64,000 nt of DNA from an uncultured cyanobacterium (GCA_963749915.1 CAVVOP010000008.1:512001-576000), one strand, 5' to 3'. Numbered from the stretch's first letter, positions 40,501 through 50,730 are shown. The notes: a model not told the origin generated them from the letters alone. Made by a program: numbers and translations.

Positions 40501-41970
40501 ATGTCCAAGAACTATTCAATTAAACCAGTTGGCGAAGTTTTGAAACAAGCAGGTTTAGTTTCAGCCGAACAGGTCGAGATAGCACTAAAAACTCAGCAAG
40601 AACAGGGAAACAGGCGACTGGGGGAAATTTTGGTCTTGCAGGGATGGCTCAAACAAGAAACAGCCGACTTTTTTGCCGAGGAGTGGTGGAGTTTACTCAA
40701 TCAGAAGCAGAAAAAACCCTTGGGGTACTATTTCGAAAAAGCCGGACTGCTGGATGCAGCTCAAATCAGAGACATTCTCAACGAACAAAAACAAAAAGCC
40801 ATCCTATTTGGGGAGTTAGCCATCAAGAAGGGGTGGATTACACCGGTTACTCTCAACTTTTTTTTACAGCATCTTTACTCAGCTCTCAGTTTGGCTGACG
40901 AACCTGAGCAACTAAACACTTTACGACCTTTTGACAAGCTCAGACTAAAATTACTAGAATTAGAAGGAAAAGCCACCTACCCTCATTTAGTGCTCAAAGA
41001 GGTGTTGTCATGGACAGGTGGTCACCCTTTTTTCACCCAAAAGCTTTGTCAACTTATCTGTGACTCTAACAAGATTATCCCCTCTGGGATGGAGGCAGAT
41101 GCAGTTGCACAGCTAGTGCAAGCCCGATTGGTTAATAATTGGCAAAGCCAAGAGGGACATGAATTGTTGAAAGAGATTAGCACTCGCCTTCTCGGAAATA
41201 AGCAGTGTCATCCCATCTTGTTGCTAAGGCTATATAAGGAAATTTTACAACAAGGAGAAGTGAGGGCTAATCAACGTGAGAAGGAAGATGTGTTACTGAA
41301 TTTGGGATTGGTAGTCAAGCATCAAAACAAGTTAAGGGTATCTAACCGCATTTACCAATCTGTTTTTGATATGAGGTGGGTGGATCAGCAATTAGCGACT
41401 TTTCAAAAGAGAGAAAAAAAGGAGATTGAGATCACGAAGAAAGCTAAACCCTCCCGAATTTCTTCCCCAAACACAAATGAGCCTCTCACTCAGTTGGGTT
41501 CTGTCATAACACTGTTGGGGCTTTTAATTGTTCCCCCTCTATTAATAAGGCTCAATTCTGGGTCTGTGCCTCCAAAACAAAGCACCAGTCCAACTCTAGC
41601 CTTACAGTCCTCTAGCCCTTCTTCCCTTGCTACTCTCTGCCAAAGTGAAATCCCATCGGATGTGGTAGATCAAGATAATTTGAGAACGAGACTTGAAAAT
41701 GAAAACCAAAAGCTGAAGGAAAGTTTTCCGCCAACTTGTAAATCTTTATTATATAAACTCTGGGGAATGAGTGCCCCAACATTAGGTAAATATAATCAAG
41801 TGATTGAGGCGGTTAGTAATTTGTGTCGAATTCCAGACAAGGCTGATAATTTTAATCAAGCTAAGTTCTGGATAAATTATTGGTATGATTCTCAAGATTG
41901 GGGCCAGAAGGTCAAAGCTTACTTATTGCTCACCCCTGATTGTCCAGCCGCAGAGGATCATTTTCCATAA
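40501..41970 (+). CDS. Membrane protein with tandem MshEN-like repeats, an AAA_35/STAND-type helical region, a TM helix and a Cys-containing C-terminal domain
   Basis: GEVLKQAGLV...ALKTQ, RLGEILVLQGW and LGYYFEKAGLL...ILNEQ repeats; WTGGHPFFTQKLC...SNRIYQSVF region; no P-loop. Confidence 0.7.
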   Translation: MSKNYSIKPVGEVLKQAGLVSAEQVEIALKTQQEQGNRRLGEILVLQGWLKQETADFFAEEWWSLLNQKQKKPLGYYFEKAGLLDAAQIRDILNEQKQKAILFGELAIKKGWITPVTLNFFLQHLYSALSLADEPEQLNTLRPFDKLRLKLLELEGKATYPHLVLKEVLSWTGGHPFFTQKLCQLICDSNKIIPSGMEADAVAQLVQARLVNNWQSQEGHELLKEISTRLLGNKQCHPILLLRLYKEILQQGEVRANQREKEDVLLNLGLVVKHQNKLRVSNRIYQSVFDMRWVDQQLATFQKREKKEIEITKKAKPSRISSPNTNEPLTQLGSVITLLGLLIVPPLLIRLNSGSVPPKQSTSPTLALQSSSPSSLATLCQSEIPSDVVDQDNLRTRLENENQKLKESFPPTCKSLLYKLWGMSAPTLGKYNQVIEAVSNLCRIPDKADNFNQAKFWINYWYDSQDWGQKVKAYLLLTPDCPAAEDHFP

Positions 41971-41990
41971 TTACAGACCATCCCCTGGTT

Positions 41991-42186
41991 ACAAGGATAG
42001 GGAAGAAGGGGAAGCTTTCGGGTGTAGGTTTTTAATATTTGGGCGAAGGTGAGACTTGGAAGAGGGGGAAGAGAGGGAAGAGAGGGAAGAAAAATCCAGT
42101 ACTTCCCACACTTCCCACACCGACCACACTCCCCACACTTCTCATCTCATAAAGTTTGATTGCCTAACCTAGCAGTATTGAGGAGG
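41991..42186 (-). repeat. Dispersed ~180-bp repeat, copy 2
   Basis: Inverted copy of 2603-2780 with extra 9-bp GTGTGG-type units. Confidence 0.85.
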
Positions 42187-42229
42187 ATACTCTTAATCTC
42201 CCCCTCAGATTGCCAAGTTGTGTGAGTGA

Positions 42230-43756
42230 TTAATAGAAACCGAAAGTCCCATCACTCCCTTTTGCTTCCTCCTTTGATGAGACCCTAAGAGACTCCCTAG
42301 CGATCTTTAGGTGTTTCACGATAAATTCTAGAGGAGAAGAAGGAATAATCCTTTCTGATTTATATTTCTCTCTAGGTTTTGGTAAAAAATTATCCTGGTT
42401 GTTTGTTTTCAGTTGTTTGAGCCTTTCATTTAAAAGTTCTGTCCCATAGAGGAAAAGCCCAATCAAGAGCCAAAAGACACAACTTAATACCAAGGTGACC
42501 AAACCAACAGATAATATGCCAATAACTTGACTCATAATTTGTTCAAACCGGGCTACATCATATTCAATGTAGGGAGGTAATTGGTTAACAAATAAACCAA
42601 CTGCCAAGGTTCCCCAAATTCCGCAGCCTAAATGAACAGGGACAGCCCCTACGGGATCGTCTATCTGACAAAACTCTAAAAAAGCCTCTCCCAAAATAAC
42701 GCACAAACCACCGACAGCACCAATGACCATGGCGATTGAGAAGCTAACGTAAGCAGAAGAAGCGGTAATGCTAACTAATCCTCCCAAAATGCCATTAATG
42801 ACTAGGGGAAGAGACGGTTTATGCCGACGTAATCCCTGAAGGAGTAACACAAAGACTCCACCGGCAGCACCGGCAATCATTGTTGTGATAATGATATGAG
42901 GTGCATGAGCTATGGATTTAGCTGAGCCCCCATTAAATCCTATCCAACCCAGCCACAGAACTAGACAACCTAGAGTAGAAAAGGTGAGATTATAGGGAGC
43001 CAATCTTTGGGGAGTCCCTGTAAATTTGTTATCGAGAATAGCATCTGGATTGTAGCCCTGCCAACCTCTTCGGGGTCCCAGGAGAAAAGCCCCTACCAAC
43101 CCTGCCAGACCACCGACTGAGTGAACAACGGTAGACCCCGCAAAATCCAAGAAGTTTACATTACTAGCAAGCCAACCATCGGGACCCCAAATCCAGCGAC
43201 CAGTTATGGGATAGGAAATTCCGACTAGGCAAAAACTGAACCAGAAAAAAGCCCAAAATTTGACCCGCTCAGCAACAACCCCAGAAACGATAGTTGCTGC
43301 TGTTCCAGCAAATACTAGTTGAAAGAAAAACACGCCCGCCAAGGACCGATTGGGATAAATGGCTTCAAGGCTCTTAAAGTCCAAAGAAAAACTCTGATTA
43401 AACGGTGAGTTAAGTGCGTGGAAAAAGAAGCCTTCTTGTCCCCAGAATTGATTTCCCTCACCGAACATTAAACCAAATCCCAAAAACCAAAAGGCGAGGG
43501 TTGAGGCACAAAAGACGATGAGATTCTTTGCTAAGACATTAGTGGCATTTTTGCTTTGACACAAACCGGCTTCTAACATGGCAAAGCCAGCATTCATGAA
43601 AAAAATCAAAGCCCCTGACGTTAACATCCAGACTAGGTTTGTATAGTCAAGTTCAATGTTTGTCTGATCCTGGGCCAGGGCTGGACTAAGGCCCAAAAAG
43701 GCAATAATTCCTCCAACAAATAAGCTAACGTACCACAGAGTGCATCTTTTATTCAT
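42230..43756 (-). CDS. amt: Ammonium transporter (Amt family)
   Basis: FFMNAGFAMLEAG, DFAGSTVVH, GWIGFNGGS and DDPVGAVPVH (twin His). Start set at MNKR. Confidence 0.93.
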   Translation of the reverse strand: MNKRCTLWYVSLFVGGIIAFLGLSPALAQDQTNIELDYTNLVWMLTSGALIFFMNAGFAMLEAGLCQSKNATNVLAKNLIVFCASTLAFWFLGFGLMFGEGNQFWGQEGFFFHALNSPFNQSFSLDFKSLEAIYPNRSLAGVFFFQLVFAGTAATIVSGVVAERVKFWAFFWFSFCLVGISYPITGRWIWGPDGWLASNVNFLDFAGSTVVHSVGGLAGLVGAFLLGPRRGWQGYNPDAILDNKFTGTPQRLAPYNLTFSTLGCLVLWLGWIGFNGGSAKSIAHAPHIIITTMIAGAAGGVFVLLLQGLRRHKPSLPLVINGILGGLVSITASSAYVSFSIAMVIGAVGGLCVILGEAFLEFCQIDDPVGAVPVHLGCGIWGTLAVGLFVNQLPPYIEYDVARFEQIMSQVIGILSVGLVTLVLSCVFWLLIGLFLYGTELLNERLKQLKTNNQDNFLPKPREKYKSERIIPSSPLEFIVKHLKIARESLRVSSKEEAKGSDGTFGFY

Positions 43757-43864
43757 CGGTGTAATCCTTGGAGACTGTTTATAATGTTTTGGAATGCAAA
43801 GTAAATGAATAATTATAATTGGAATTATATTCAAGGTCATCCCAAAGAAACAAAAAGATTATTC

Positions 43865-43960
43865 CTCACCGCCGAAAAACTGGTAGAACTTTACTTATTG
43901 AGATTTCAAATTGAATTCAATTTTCGTGATGCAAAATAATTTTGGGGCTTGGAAGATTTC
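43865..43960 (+). mobile_element. Short transposase relic (IS4-like DDE C-terminal motif)
   Basis: Translates LTAEKLVELYLLRFQIEFNFRDAK*FWGLEDF, a Y-x2-R-x3-E-x6-K signature with a stop codon. Confidence 0.7.
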
Positions 43961-44162
43961 GACCTGTGCAATTAAAATAGAAAAAGTTAAGTTATTCGTT
44001 TTTAGGCCTCCCAGCAGCAACTGTACAAAGTAACGGTGCAATAAAACATATTAAGGCTGAAACTCAGTTAGGACAAGACTTTTAAGCAAGTGGATAACTA
44101 GCAATTAGGCGAGGAATATTGAAACCTGAATAAGAGCCGTCAATAAGAAAAGAGAAGATAAT

Positions 44163-45491
44163 ATGTTTAAGACAAAAAAGTTTATCAGTATTTTTAGTCT
44201 CAGTATAGTTTTATTGACGACAGGATTAGATAATCCTCTTGCGGTATCCCAAGAAATAACTTTGGATAAGCAAATTTTTCAGATGGAAAAAAACTTAGAA
44301 AAGGAGTATGAAACTTATTTTGGCAAAGATTTAGCTGAAGTTAACCAAACATCAGAACAGATGGCTAAAACTCTAGCTCGTCTTAGTAGAGAAACTCAAA
44401 CAAGATCGGCTTTAATATGGGTTATGCCTAAAGATAACTATTTACGCTTGGTTTTGATTAATCCCGATGGTGAACCGATTTTCAGACACATAGAAGGAGT
44501 TTCTCTCTCCATTCTTCAAGATACCGTAAAGAAATTACATCAAGAAATAAATAAAGTCAGTTACCCAATAGACTTAACCAATGCACAAAAATTATATCAA
44601 TGGATTATTAAACCTTTAGAAGAAGAATATTTAAAACCCAATCAAATTGATACTATTTTATTTTGTATGGGTAATGGACTGAGAGGATTACCCATTGCGG
44701 CTTTACATGATGGAAATCAATACTTGGTCGAGAAATATGCCTTAAGCATAATTCCTGCTTTTAATTTAATCAATAAACAATACCAGAGAATGGAAAACCC
44801 GAGTATTTTAGCGATGGGGGCTTCTGAATTCAAAGAACAAAGAGATCTTCCCGCCGTACCCTTGGAAATTTCTTATATCGTTCAAAAAATTGTTGAAGCA
44901 AGTAAAATTCAACAACCTTTAAAAGCAAAACAATTCTTAAATTCCAAATTTACCATTGAGAACCTAGAATTGGAATTAAGTTTCGCCCCCTTTGATATTG
45001 TTCATTTAGCAACTCATGCTCGATTTATGCCAGGTATTCCTCGTAACTCATATATTCAATTTTGGGACGGGAAATTAACTCTGGAAAATATGAATAAGTT
45101 TAATCAAAATGATCACCCCCCTGAATTATTGGTATTGAGTGCTTGTCAAACAGCAGTAGGAGACTCTTCTGCCGAATTAGGATTTGCTGGTGTAGCTTTA
45201 AATTCAGGAGTTAAATCTGCCTTAGCTAGTTTGTGGTACATAAGCGATGCAGGAACTCTAGCTCTAATGGCTGAATTTTATCAACAATTACTATCCACAA
45301 CAACAAAAGCACAGGCTTTACAACAAGCTCAAATTAATTTAATTAAAGAAAAAGTTTATTTTGAAGGAAATCAGTTATCAATTTCTGATGAAAAAGTAAC
45401 TTTGCCAAATACAATTCCTCATCAAGGAAAAACTAATCTTTCCCATCCATTTTACTGGGCGGGGTTTACTCTTATTAGTAGCCCTTGGTAA
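44163..45491 (+). CDS. Exported CHAT-domain (caspase-like) protein
   Basis: LPIAALHDG, VHLATHA, LLVLSACQTAVGD and HPFYWAGF motifs; signal peptide. Confidence 0.92.
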   Translation: MFKTKKFISIFSLSIVLLTTGLDNPLAVSQEITLDKQIFQMEKNLEKEYETYFGKDLAEVNQTSEQMAKTLARLSRETQTRSALIWVMPKDNYLRLVLINPDGEPIFRHIEGVSLSILQDTVKKLHQEINKVSYPIDLTNAQKLYQWIIKPLEEEYLKPNQIDTILFCMGNGLRGLPIAALHDGNQYLVEKYALSIIPAFNLINKQYQRMENPSILAMGASEFKEQRDLPAVPLEISYIVQKIVEASKIQQPLKAKQFLNSKFTIENLELELSFAPFDIVHLATHARFMPGIPRNSYIQFWDGKLTLENMNKFNQNDHPPELLVLSACQTAVGDSSAELGFAGVALNSGVKSALASLWYISDAGTLALMAEFYQQLLSTTTKAQALQQAQINLIKEKVYFEGNQLSISDEKVTLPNTIPHQGKTNLSHPFYWAGFTLISSPW

Positions 45492-45698
45492 ATTTCTTCT
45501 TTCTTTCTTTAATTAATTTTGTGCTTTTTCGGACTTTTGCCTAAATAAATGGGAATGATTCGCACAAAAGAACTTTGTCGAGTCCCTCTTCGGGATCGCT
45601 GTCTAAAAAAATAGAATACTCTCAAAAAGATTATGCACTTCAAAACATTACAACTTTTCTACTTTAGCATCTTTATTTTTGGCTCAATAAAATTGAGA

Positions 45699-45711
45699 TG
45701 CGTTTGCCCTG
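45699..45711 (+). mobile_element. Isolated ISAs1-type terminal repeat
   Basis: TGCGTTTGCCCTG, identical to 40241-40253. Confidence 0.5.
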
Positions 45712-45792
45712 AATCAGGTAATCGGTGATTGTTCATTTTGCCCTGAATTAATGTAAGATAACATATATTGCCTATTATTCCCCGACTATGAG

Positions 45793-46968
45793 TTGATCAT
45801 GTGCCCATCGGAAAATGAATCAGAATTTTCGTCTAATACAGTCGATATTAGCAAAAATGGGAAACTTCAGTTGTTATTATTTGTCGATAACCGTCGTAGT
45901 TCGCAAAAAAACATTGAAGAAATTAAAGCCTATCTACATAGTTTAACTCAAGATTATCATTTTCAATTAGAAGTATTAGAAATTAGTAAACATCCCCATT
46001 TAGTTGAATATTTCAAATTAGTAGCAACCCCAGCACTGGTTAAAATAAATCCCACACCGCGACAAACCTTGGCAGGTAGCAATTTAACAGCACAATTGCA
46101 AAAGTGTTGGTATAAATGGCAAACTTCCTTACAAGAAAATGAGGGTATTTTTAGGCAATATTCTGATGATAATTCTTTACTGCAAACCTGTTTACCTTCA
46201 TCAGAACTAATTCATTTAAGAGATGATATATTTCAATTAAAACAAGAGGTAGAAAAATTAAAACAACAAATACAATTTAAGGATCAAATGTTAGCAATGT
46301 TAGCTCACGATTTAAGAAGTCCCTTAACAGCTGCATCCATTGCAGTAGAAACTTTAGAAATAATCAAAAATAGGCCAAATTATGATGCTAATAGGGAATT
46401 ATTTAATAAGTTATTTCAACATGCTAAAAGACAATTTTCGACCATGAATAAGATGATTACTGATTTACTTGATTCATCTAGGTATATTAATAGTCAACTA
46501 AATATTATACCTACAAAAGTTAATTTGGCAAGAATTTCTGAAGAGATTATTGGTAATTTAAGTTCTAAATTAGCAGAAAAAAATCAATCTATTATTAAAG
46601 AAATTCCTCAAGATTTACCCCCCGTTTATGCCGATGAAAAATTAATTAGTCAAGTAATCATTAATTTATTAGAAAATGCCATTAAATATAGCCCTTTTTC
46701 GTCTCCGATTATTTTATCTATCATTCACAAAACGACTCAAAAAGTAGAAGTTAGTGTCATCGATATTGGTGCGGGTATCCCTGATAATAAGAAAGAACGC
46801 ATTTTTGATGGTCATTTTCGGCTAAAAAGAGATGAACAAGAAGATGGTTATGGTATTGGTTTAACTCTTTGTCGTCGAGTAATTACTGCTCATTATGGGC
46901 AAATTTGGGTTGACGACAACGGCAATCGAGGCAGTTGTTTTCGGTTTACTATCCCTGTTTACAACTAA
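45793..46968 (+). CDS. sasA: Circadian output histidine kinase SasA
   Basis: KaiB-like N-terminus (HPHLVEYFKLVATPALVK...RQTLAG), LAHDLRSP H-box, NLLENAIKYS and GYGIGL. Confidence 0.92.
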   Translation: MIMCPSENESEFSSNTVDISKNGKLQLLLFVDNRRSSQKNIEEIKAYLHSLTQDYHFQLEVLEISKHPHLVEYFKLVATPALVKINPTPRQTLAGSNLTAQLQKCWYKWQTSLQENEGIFRQYSDDNSLLQTCLPSSELIHLRDDIFQLKQEVEKLKQQIQFKDQMLAMLAHDLRSPLTAASIAVETLEIIKNRPNYDANRELFNKLFQHAKRQFSTMNKMITDLLDSSRYINSQLNIIPTKVNLARISEEIIGNLSSKLAEKNQSIIKEIPQDLPPVYADEKLISQVIINLLENAIKYSPFSSPIILSIIHKTTQKVEVSVIDIGAGIPDNKKERIFDGHFRLKRDEQEDGYGIGLTLCRRVITAHYGQIWVDDNGNRGSCFRFTIPVYN

Positions 46969-47000
46969 ATTGGTTTACTATCCCCGTTTACAACTAAATT
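46943..47000 (+). repeat. 29-bp tandem duplication of the sasA 3' end
   Basis: ggtttactatccctgtttacaactaaatt twice, one mismatch. Confidence 0.9.
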
Positions 47001-47153
47001 TATGACTATCTTCGGTGTATCTGTTGTTGAGGATTTGAATAAAATTTATTCTGTGAAAAAAACTCAAAAAATTTTTTATGTAAATTATTCTTAAATAAAT
47101 CAAAGCCCCAGAAAAAAGTAAGTTAGAATGGAGGCAGAGCGTGAGAGGATGAA

Positions 47154-47603
47154 TTGTTTATGTATAAGTTATTAGCTACGACCATCGCAATTTTTAGCAC
47201 GTTTTTAGTCGTTGTTCCTGTCAATGCTGAAAATCCTGCTCATCGGCAACAATTATTAGAAACGAATCAATGTATGGGATGCGATCTCAAAGGGGTTGAT
47301 TTGGAGGGTGAACACTTAATTGGTGCAGATTTACGAAACGCTGATTTACGTTATGCGAATCTTGAAGGTGCAAATTTAGAAGGTGCAGATTTGGACGGTG
47401 CAAATTTGCAGGGTGCAGATTTGAGTAAGACTTTTTTAACTAACGCAACGATGAATAATGCCAATCTGAATAGCGTTGATATGAGCTATGCGATTGTTTT
47501 CGACGCTCAAGTTTCTGGTGCCTCGATGACTAACATGAATATTGAAAATGCCATGATTATGGAAACTGGTATCGCTGTTGGAGGGGAATATCCTGACGAG
47601 TAA
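47154..47603 (+). CDS. Exported pentapeptide repeat protein
   Basis: Signal peptide, AENP...QQLLETNQCMGCDL, then pentapeptide repeats; start may be the ATG at 47160. Confidence 0.9.
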   Translation: MFMYKLLATTIAIFSTFLVVVPVNAENPAHRQQLLETNQCMGCDLKGVDLEGEHLIGADLRNADLRYANLEGANLEGADLDGANLQGADLSKTFLTNATMNNANLNSVDMSYAIVFDAQVSGASMTNMNIENAMIMETGIAVGGEYPDE

Positions 47604-47640
47604 TTAACGGTGTGCTTTTTCTTGACTATTTTTAAGTATG

Positions 47641-47658
47641 TTTACAAATCTTTACGCT
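47641..47658 (+). promoter_or_regulatory. Possible HLR1 (RpaB) site upstream of psbU
   Basis: TTTACAAA-TC-TTTACGCT imperfect direct repeat with 2-nt spacer. Confidence 0.4.
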
Positions 47659-47909
47659 TTGCTGAATGAAAAAGGCGGTTTCACTGATAAAATCAGATAA
47701 CAACTAAACCTTATTGGGCAGAATGGCCTAGGCCAGTGATGGTTAAGGACGGTTCGATTAATATATTTTTAAAATCCCTGTGTTAAGGGAAAGTCTTGGC
47801 TAATAGACTTTGTTTCCGGAATATAAAAGATTATCCAGTTATGTTCGAGAGAAATTAGCATATATAAAACAATACTTAAAGTTATCTTAATCTTGGAGGT
47901 TCAATTTTC

Positions 47910-48338
47910 ATGAAGTTATGGCATCGGGTTGTAACGATATTTAGTTTAATGTTGTTCTGTTGTTCTTTGGCTTTTTCTCAACCAGCCCAAGCATTGGATT
48001 TTAAAACTATTTTACAGGGGAATTCTCCTTTAATAGCGGCCGAAAATACCCGTCGTAATGTGGCGGATGATTTGTTGGGTACTGAATTTGGTCAAAAAAT
48101 TGATGTGAACAATAGCGATATTCGTGATTTTCGCGATTTAAGGGGGTTTTATCCTAAATTAGCGAGTATTATTATTCAAAATGCTCCCTATGAGAAAGTA
48201 GAAGATGTTTTACTTATCCCTGGATTAACTGACACCCAAAAAGAAAGATTGCAAGCGAACCTTGATCGTTTTAGCGCTAGACCTACTTCGGAGGTATTTA
48301 ATGAGGGCGATGAGCGTTATAACGCGGGTGTTTACTAA
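47910..48338 (+). CDS. psbU: Photosystem II extrinsic protein PsbU
   Basis: Signal peptide; KIDVNNS, GFYPKLA, NAPYEKVEDVL and DERYNAGVY. Confidence 0.96.
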   Translation: MKLWHRVVTIFSLMLFCCSLAFSQPAQALDFKTILQGNSPLIAAENTRRNVADDLLGTEFGQKIDVNNSDIRDFRDLRGFYPKLASIIIQNAPYEKVEDVLLIPGLTDTQKERLQANLDRFSARPTSEVFNEGDERYNAGVY

Positions 48339-48464
48339 CCCTTTTTAATAGGTTGGATCGAATATCACAAATATATAATTAGAGGGAGAGAAGTTTTATT
48401 GCTTGTCTCCTTTTTGATCGACATTTAATTCAGATTAACGAGTATTATACCTCTACGGTAATTG

Positions 48465-50621
48465 TTAAATTGTTTTTACAGAATTACTTGCTATCATCAT
48501 CATAGTTTCATGGGTACTTAATTCTTTCTCTCCTTTTTGGCAAATATGACGGATATAACTACCATCAGATTGTAACTCCCATGATTGTTGATTGTCAGAA
48601 AGCATAATTCCTAAAATTTCTTGTAGTTGTTTAATTAATTTTGGATCTTCGATGGGAGTGACGGCTTCCACTCGGCGAGATAAATTACGCCCCATCCAAT
48701 CCGCACTACCGATATAAATTTCTTCTTCACCGTTGTTATGGAAGTAGAAAATGCGGGAATGTTCCAGAAAACGCCCCACAATGCTAATAACTCGAATATT
48801 ATCACTGACACCTTCAACCCCGGGACGCAAACTACATATCCCTCGCAAAATTAAATCAATTTTTACCCCTGCCTGAGATGCTCGATATAACGCCTGAATA
48901 ACAGGTACATCCACCAAAGAATTCATTTTGGCAACAATTCTCCCACTGTATCCATTTTGAGCATGTTCTGCTTCTCTTTGAATCATGCTTAACATACGGT
49001 CACGCATCGTCACCGGGGCTACTAATAGTTTACGGAAAGCCTTTTGTTTAGAGTAACCTGTCAGGAAATTAAATAAATCCGTTAAATCTGAACCTAAATC
49101 TTCCCGACAACTAATTAAACCAATATCCGTATAAAGTTTAGCGGTTTTTGGGTTGTAATTACCCGTGCCGATGTGAACATAACGGCGAATTTTATCCTTA
49201 TCTTTCCTCACCACTAAAGTAATTTTAGTATGGGTCTTCAAGCCGACAATACCATAAACTACATGAACTCCGGCTTTCTCTAATTTTCTCGCCCAAAGAA
49301 TGTTATTTTCCTCATCAAAACGTGCTTTCAATTCCACTAAAGCAACAACTTGTTTGCCATTTTCCGCCGCTTCAATCAAAGCTTTAATAATCGGGGAATC
49401 CCCAGAAGTGCGATAAAGAGTCATTTTAATCGCCATCACATTGGGATCATGAGCAGCTTGGGTGATAAACTGTTGTACAGTTGCAGTGAAAGAATGGTAA
49501 GGATGATGTACCATTAAATCCGACTTGCGAATCATGGCAAAAAATTCTTCACTAACGGTATTCTCCTCTTCATTTTCTTTCGCCATTTCCAATTGCTGAA
49601 ATCGATCAAAAGGCGGAGGTATAACCCCATTCCAAGGCATATCTTTCAATTCTGGCAAAGGTAAACCAGCTAAAGCAAATAAGTCATTTAAGCCTAATAA
49701 ACCATCAATTTTATAAACATCCATCTCCTCTAAATTCAACCCCTGCATTAACATTTGTTTCACGTTCTCCGGCATGGAAGCATGAATTTCTAAACGTACC
49801 GCAGAACCGGCAAAACGACGTCTTCGTAATTCCTGTTGTATTGCTAATAATAAATCGTCTGCTTCGTCTTCTTGTACTTCTAAATCGGCATTACGGGTTA
49901 AACGAAAATTATGACATTCTTGCACATTCATGCCTGGGAATAAGGCGGATAAGTGGTGTGCAATGACCTGTTCAAGGGGTACACCAACCCATAAAGGATT
50001 CTCGTTTTGATGACTGACGTGGCGTAATTCAGGCGGAAAAGTAACAAAACGGGGAAGAGTTTTTGGTACTTTAACCCTAGCAAACAACTCCGCCCCTGTA
50101 TCGGGATTTTTGACTAAGATAGCTAAATTTAGACTTAAATTAGACATATGGGGAAAAGGGTGACTGGGATCAACTGCTAGGGGAGTTAGTACGGGAAATA
50201 TGTTATTGTCAAAATATTGATGTAAATAATTTCTTTGTTCTTGGTTTAAATCAACGAAATCAAGTAAATGTATTCCATGACTATTTAATTCTTTTTTGAG
50301 GTTATATTCGAAGTTTTCCACCTGTTGTTTAATTAAAGGACGTAAACGGGTATTAATTTCTTGTATTTGTTGTATAGGAGTTCTCCCATCGGGAGTTAAT
50401 TTAGTAACTTCCGCTTCTATTTGTCGTTTTAAAGCGGCTACTCTCACCATAAAAAACTCATCAAGATTAGAACTAAAAATAGCGGTAAATTTTAGTCTTT
50501 CTAATAATAATGTTCTCTCGTTTAAGGCTTCTTGTAATACTCTATAGTTAAACTCCAACCAACTTAATTCTCGATTGAAGTAGTATTGAGGATTTTCAAG
50601 ATTAATATTCTGATCTTTCAT
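48465..50621 (-). CDS. ppk1: Polyphosphate kinase 1
   Basis: NRELSWLEFN, NLDEFFMVRVA, HHPY, ELKARFDE, GTGNYN and GSADWM motifs. Confidence 0.97.
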   Translation of the reverse strand: MKDQNINLENPQYYFNRELSWLEFNYRVLQEALNERTLLLERLKFTAIFSSNLDEFFMVRVAALKRQIEAEVTKLTPDGRTPIQQIQEINTRLRPLIKQQVENFEYNLKKELNSHGIHLLDFVDLNQEQRNYLHQYFDNNIFPVLTPLAVDPSHPFPHMSNLSLNLAILVKNPDTGAELFARVKVPKTLPRFVTFPPELRHVSHQNENPLWVGVPLEQVIAHHLSALFPGMNVQECHNFRLTRNADLEVQEDEADDLLLAIQQELRRRRFAGSAVRLEIHASMPENVKQMLMQGLNLEEMDVYKIDGLLGLNDLFALAGLPLPELKDMPWNGVIPPPFDRFQQLEMAKENEEENTVSEEFFAMIRKSDLMVHHPYHSFTATVQQFITQAAHDPNVMAIKMTLYRTSGDSPIIKALIEAAENGKQVVALVELKARFDEENNILWARKLEKAGVHVVYGIVGLKTHTKITLVVRKDKDKIRRYVHIGTGNYNPKTAKLYTDIGLISCREDLGSDLTDLFNFLTGYSKQKAFRKLLVAPVTMRDRMLSMIQREAEHAQNGYSGRIVAKMNSLVDVPVIQALYRASQAGVKIDLILRGICSLRPGVEGVSDNIRVISIVGRFLEHSRIFYFHNNGEEEIYIGSADWMGRNLSRRVEAVTPIEDPKLIKQLQEILGIMLSDNQQSWELQSDGSYIRHICQKGEKELSTHETMMMIASNSVKTI

Positions 50622-50730
50622 ATAACTCTTAATGTAAAGTAAATGGAATATTTAAAGTTTGTAGTTAAGGGTTTACCCTTCATTGTGAGACAAATTATTC
50701 AATATTTCGAACCTATGAAAAGTCACCCTA

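Noticed and set aside
46943..47000. CRISPR mini-array
   Set aside because: Two abutting copies with no spacer, derived from sasA coding sequence; no cas genes in the window.
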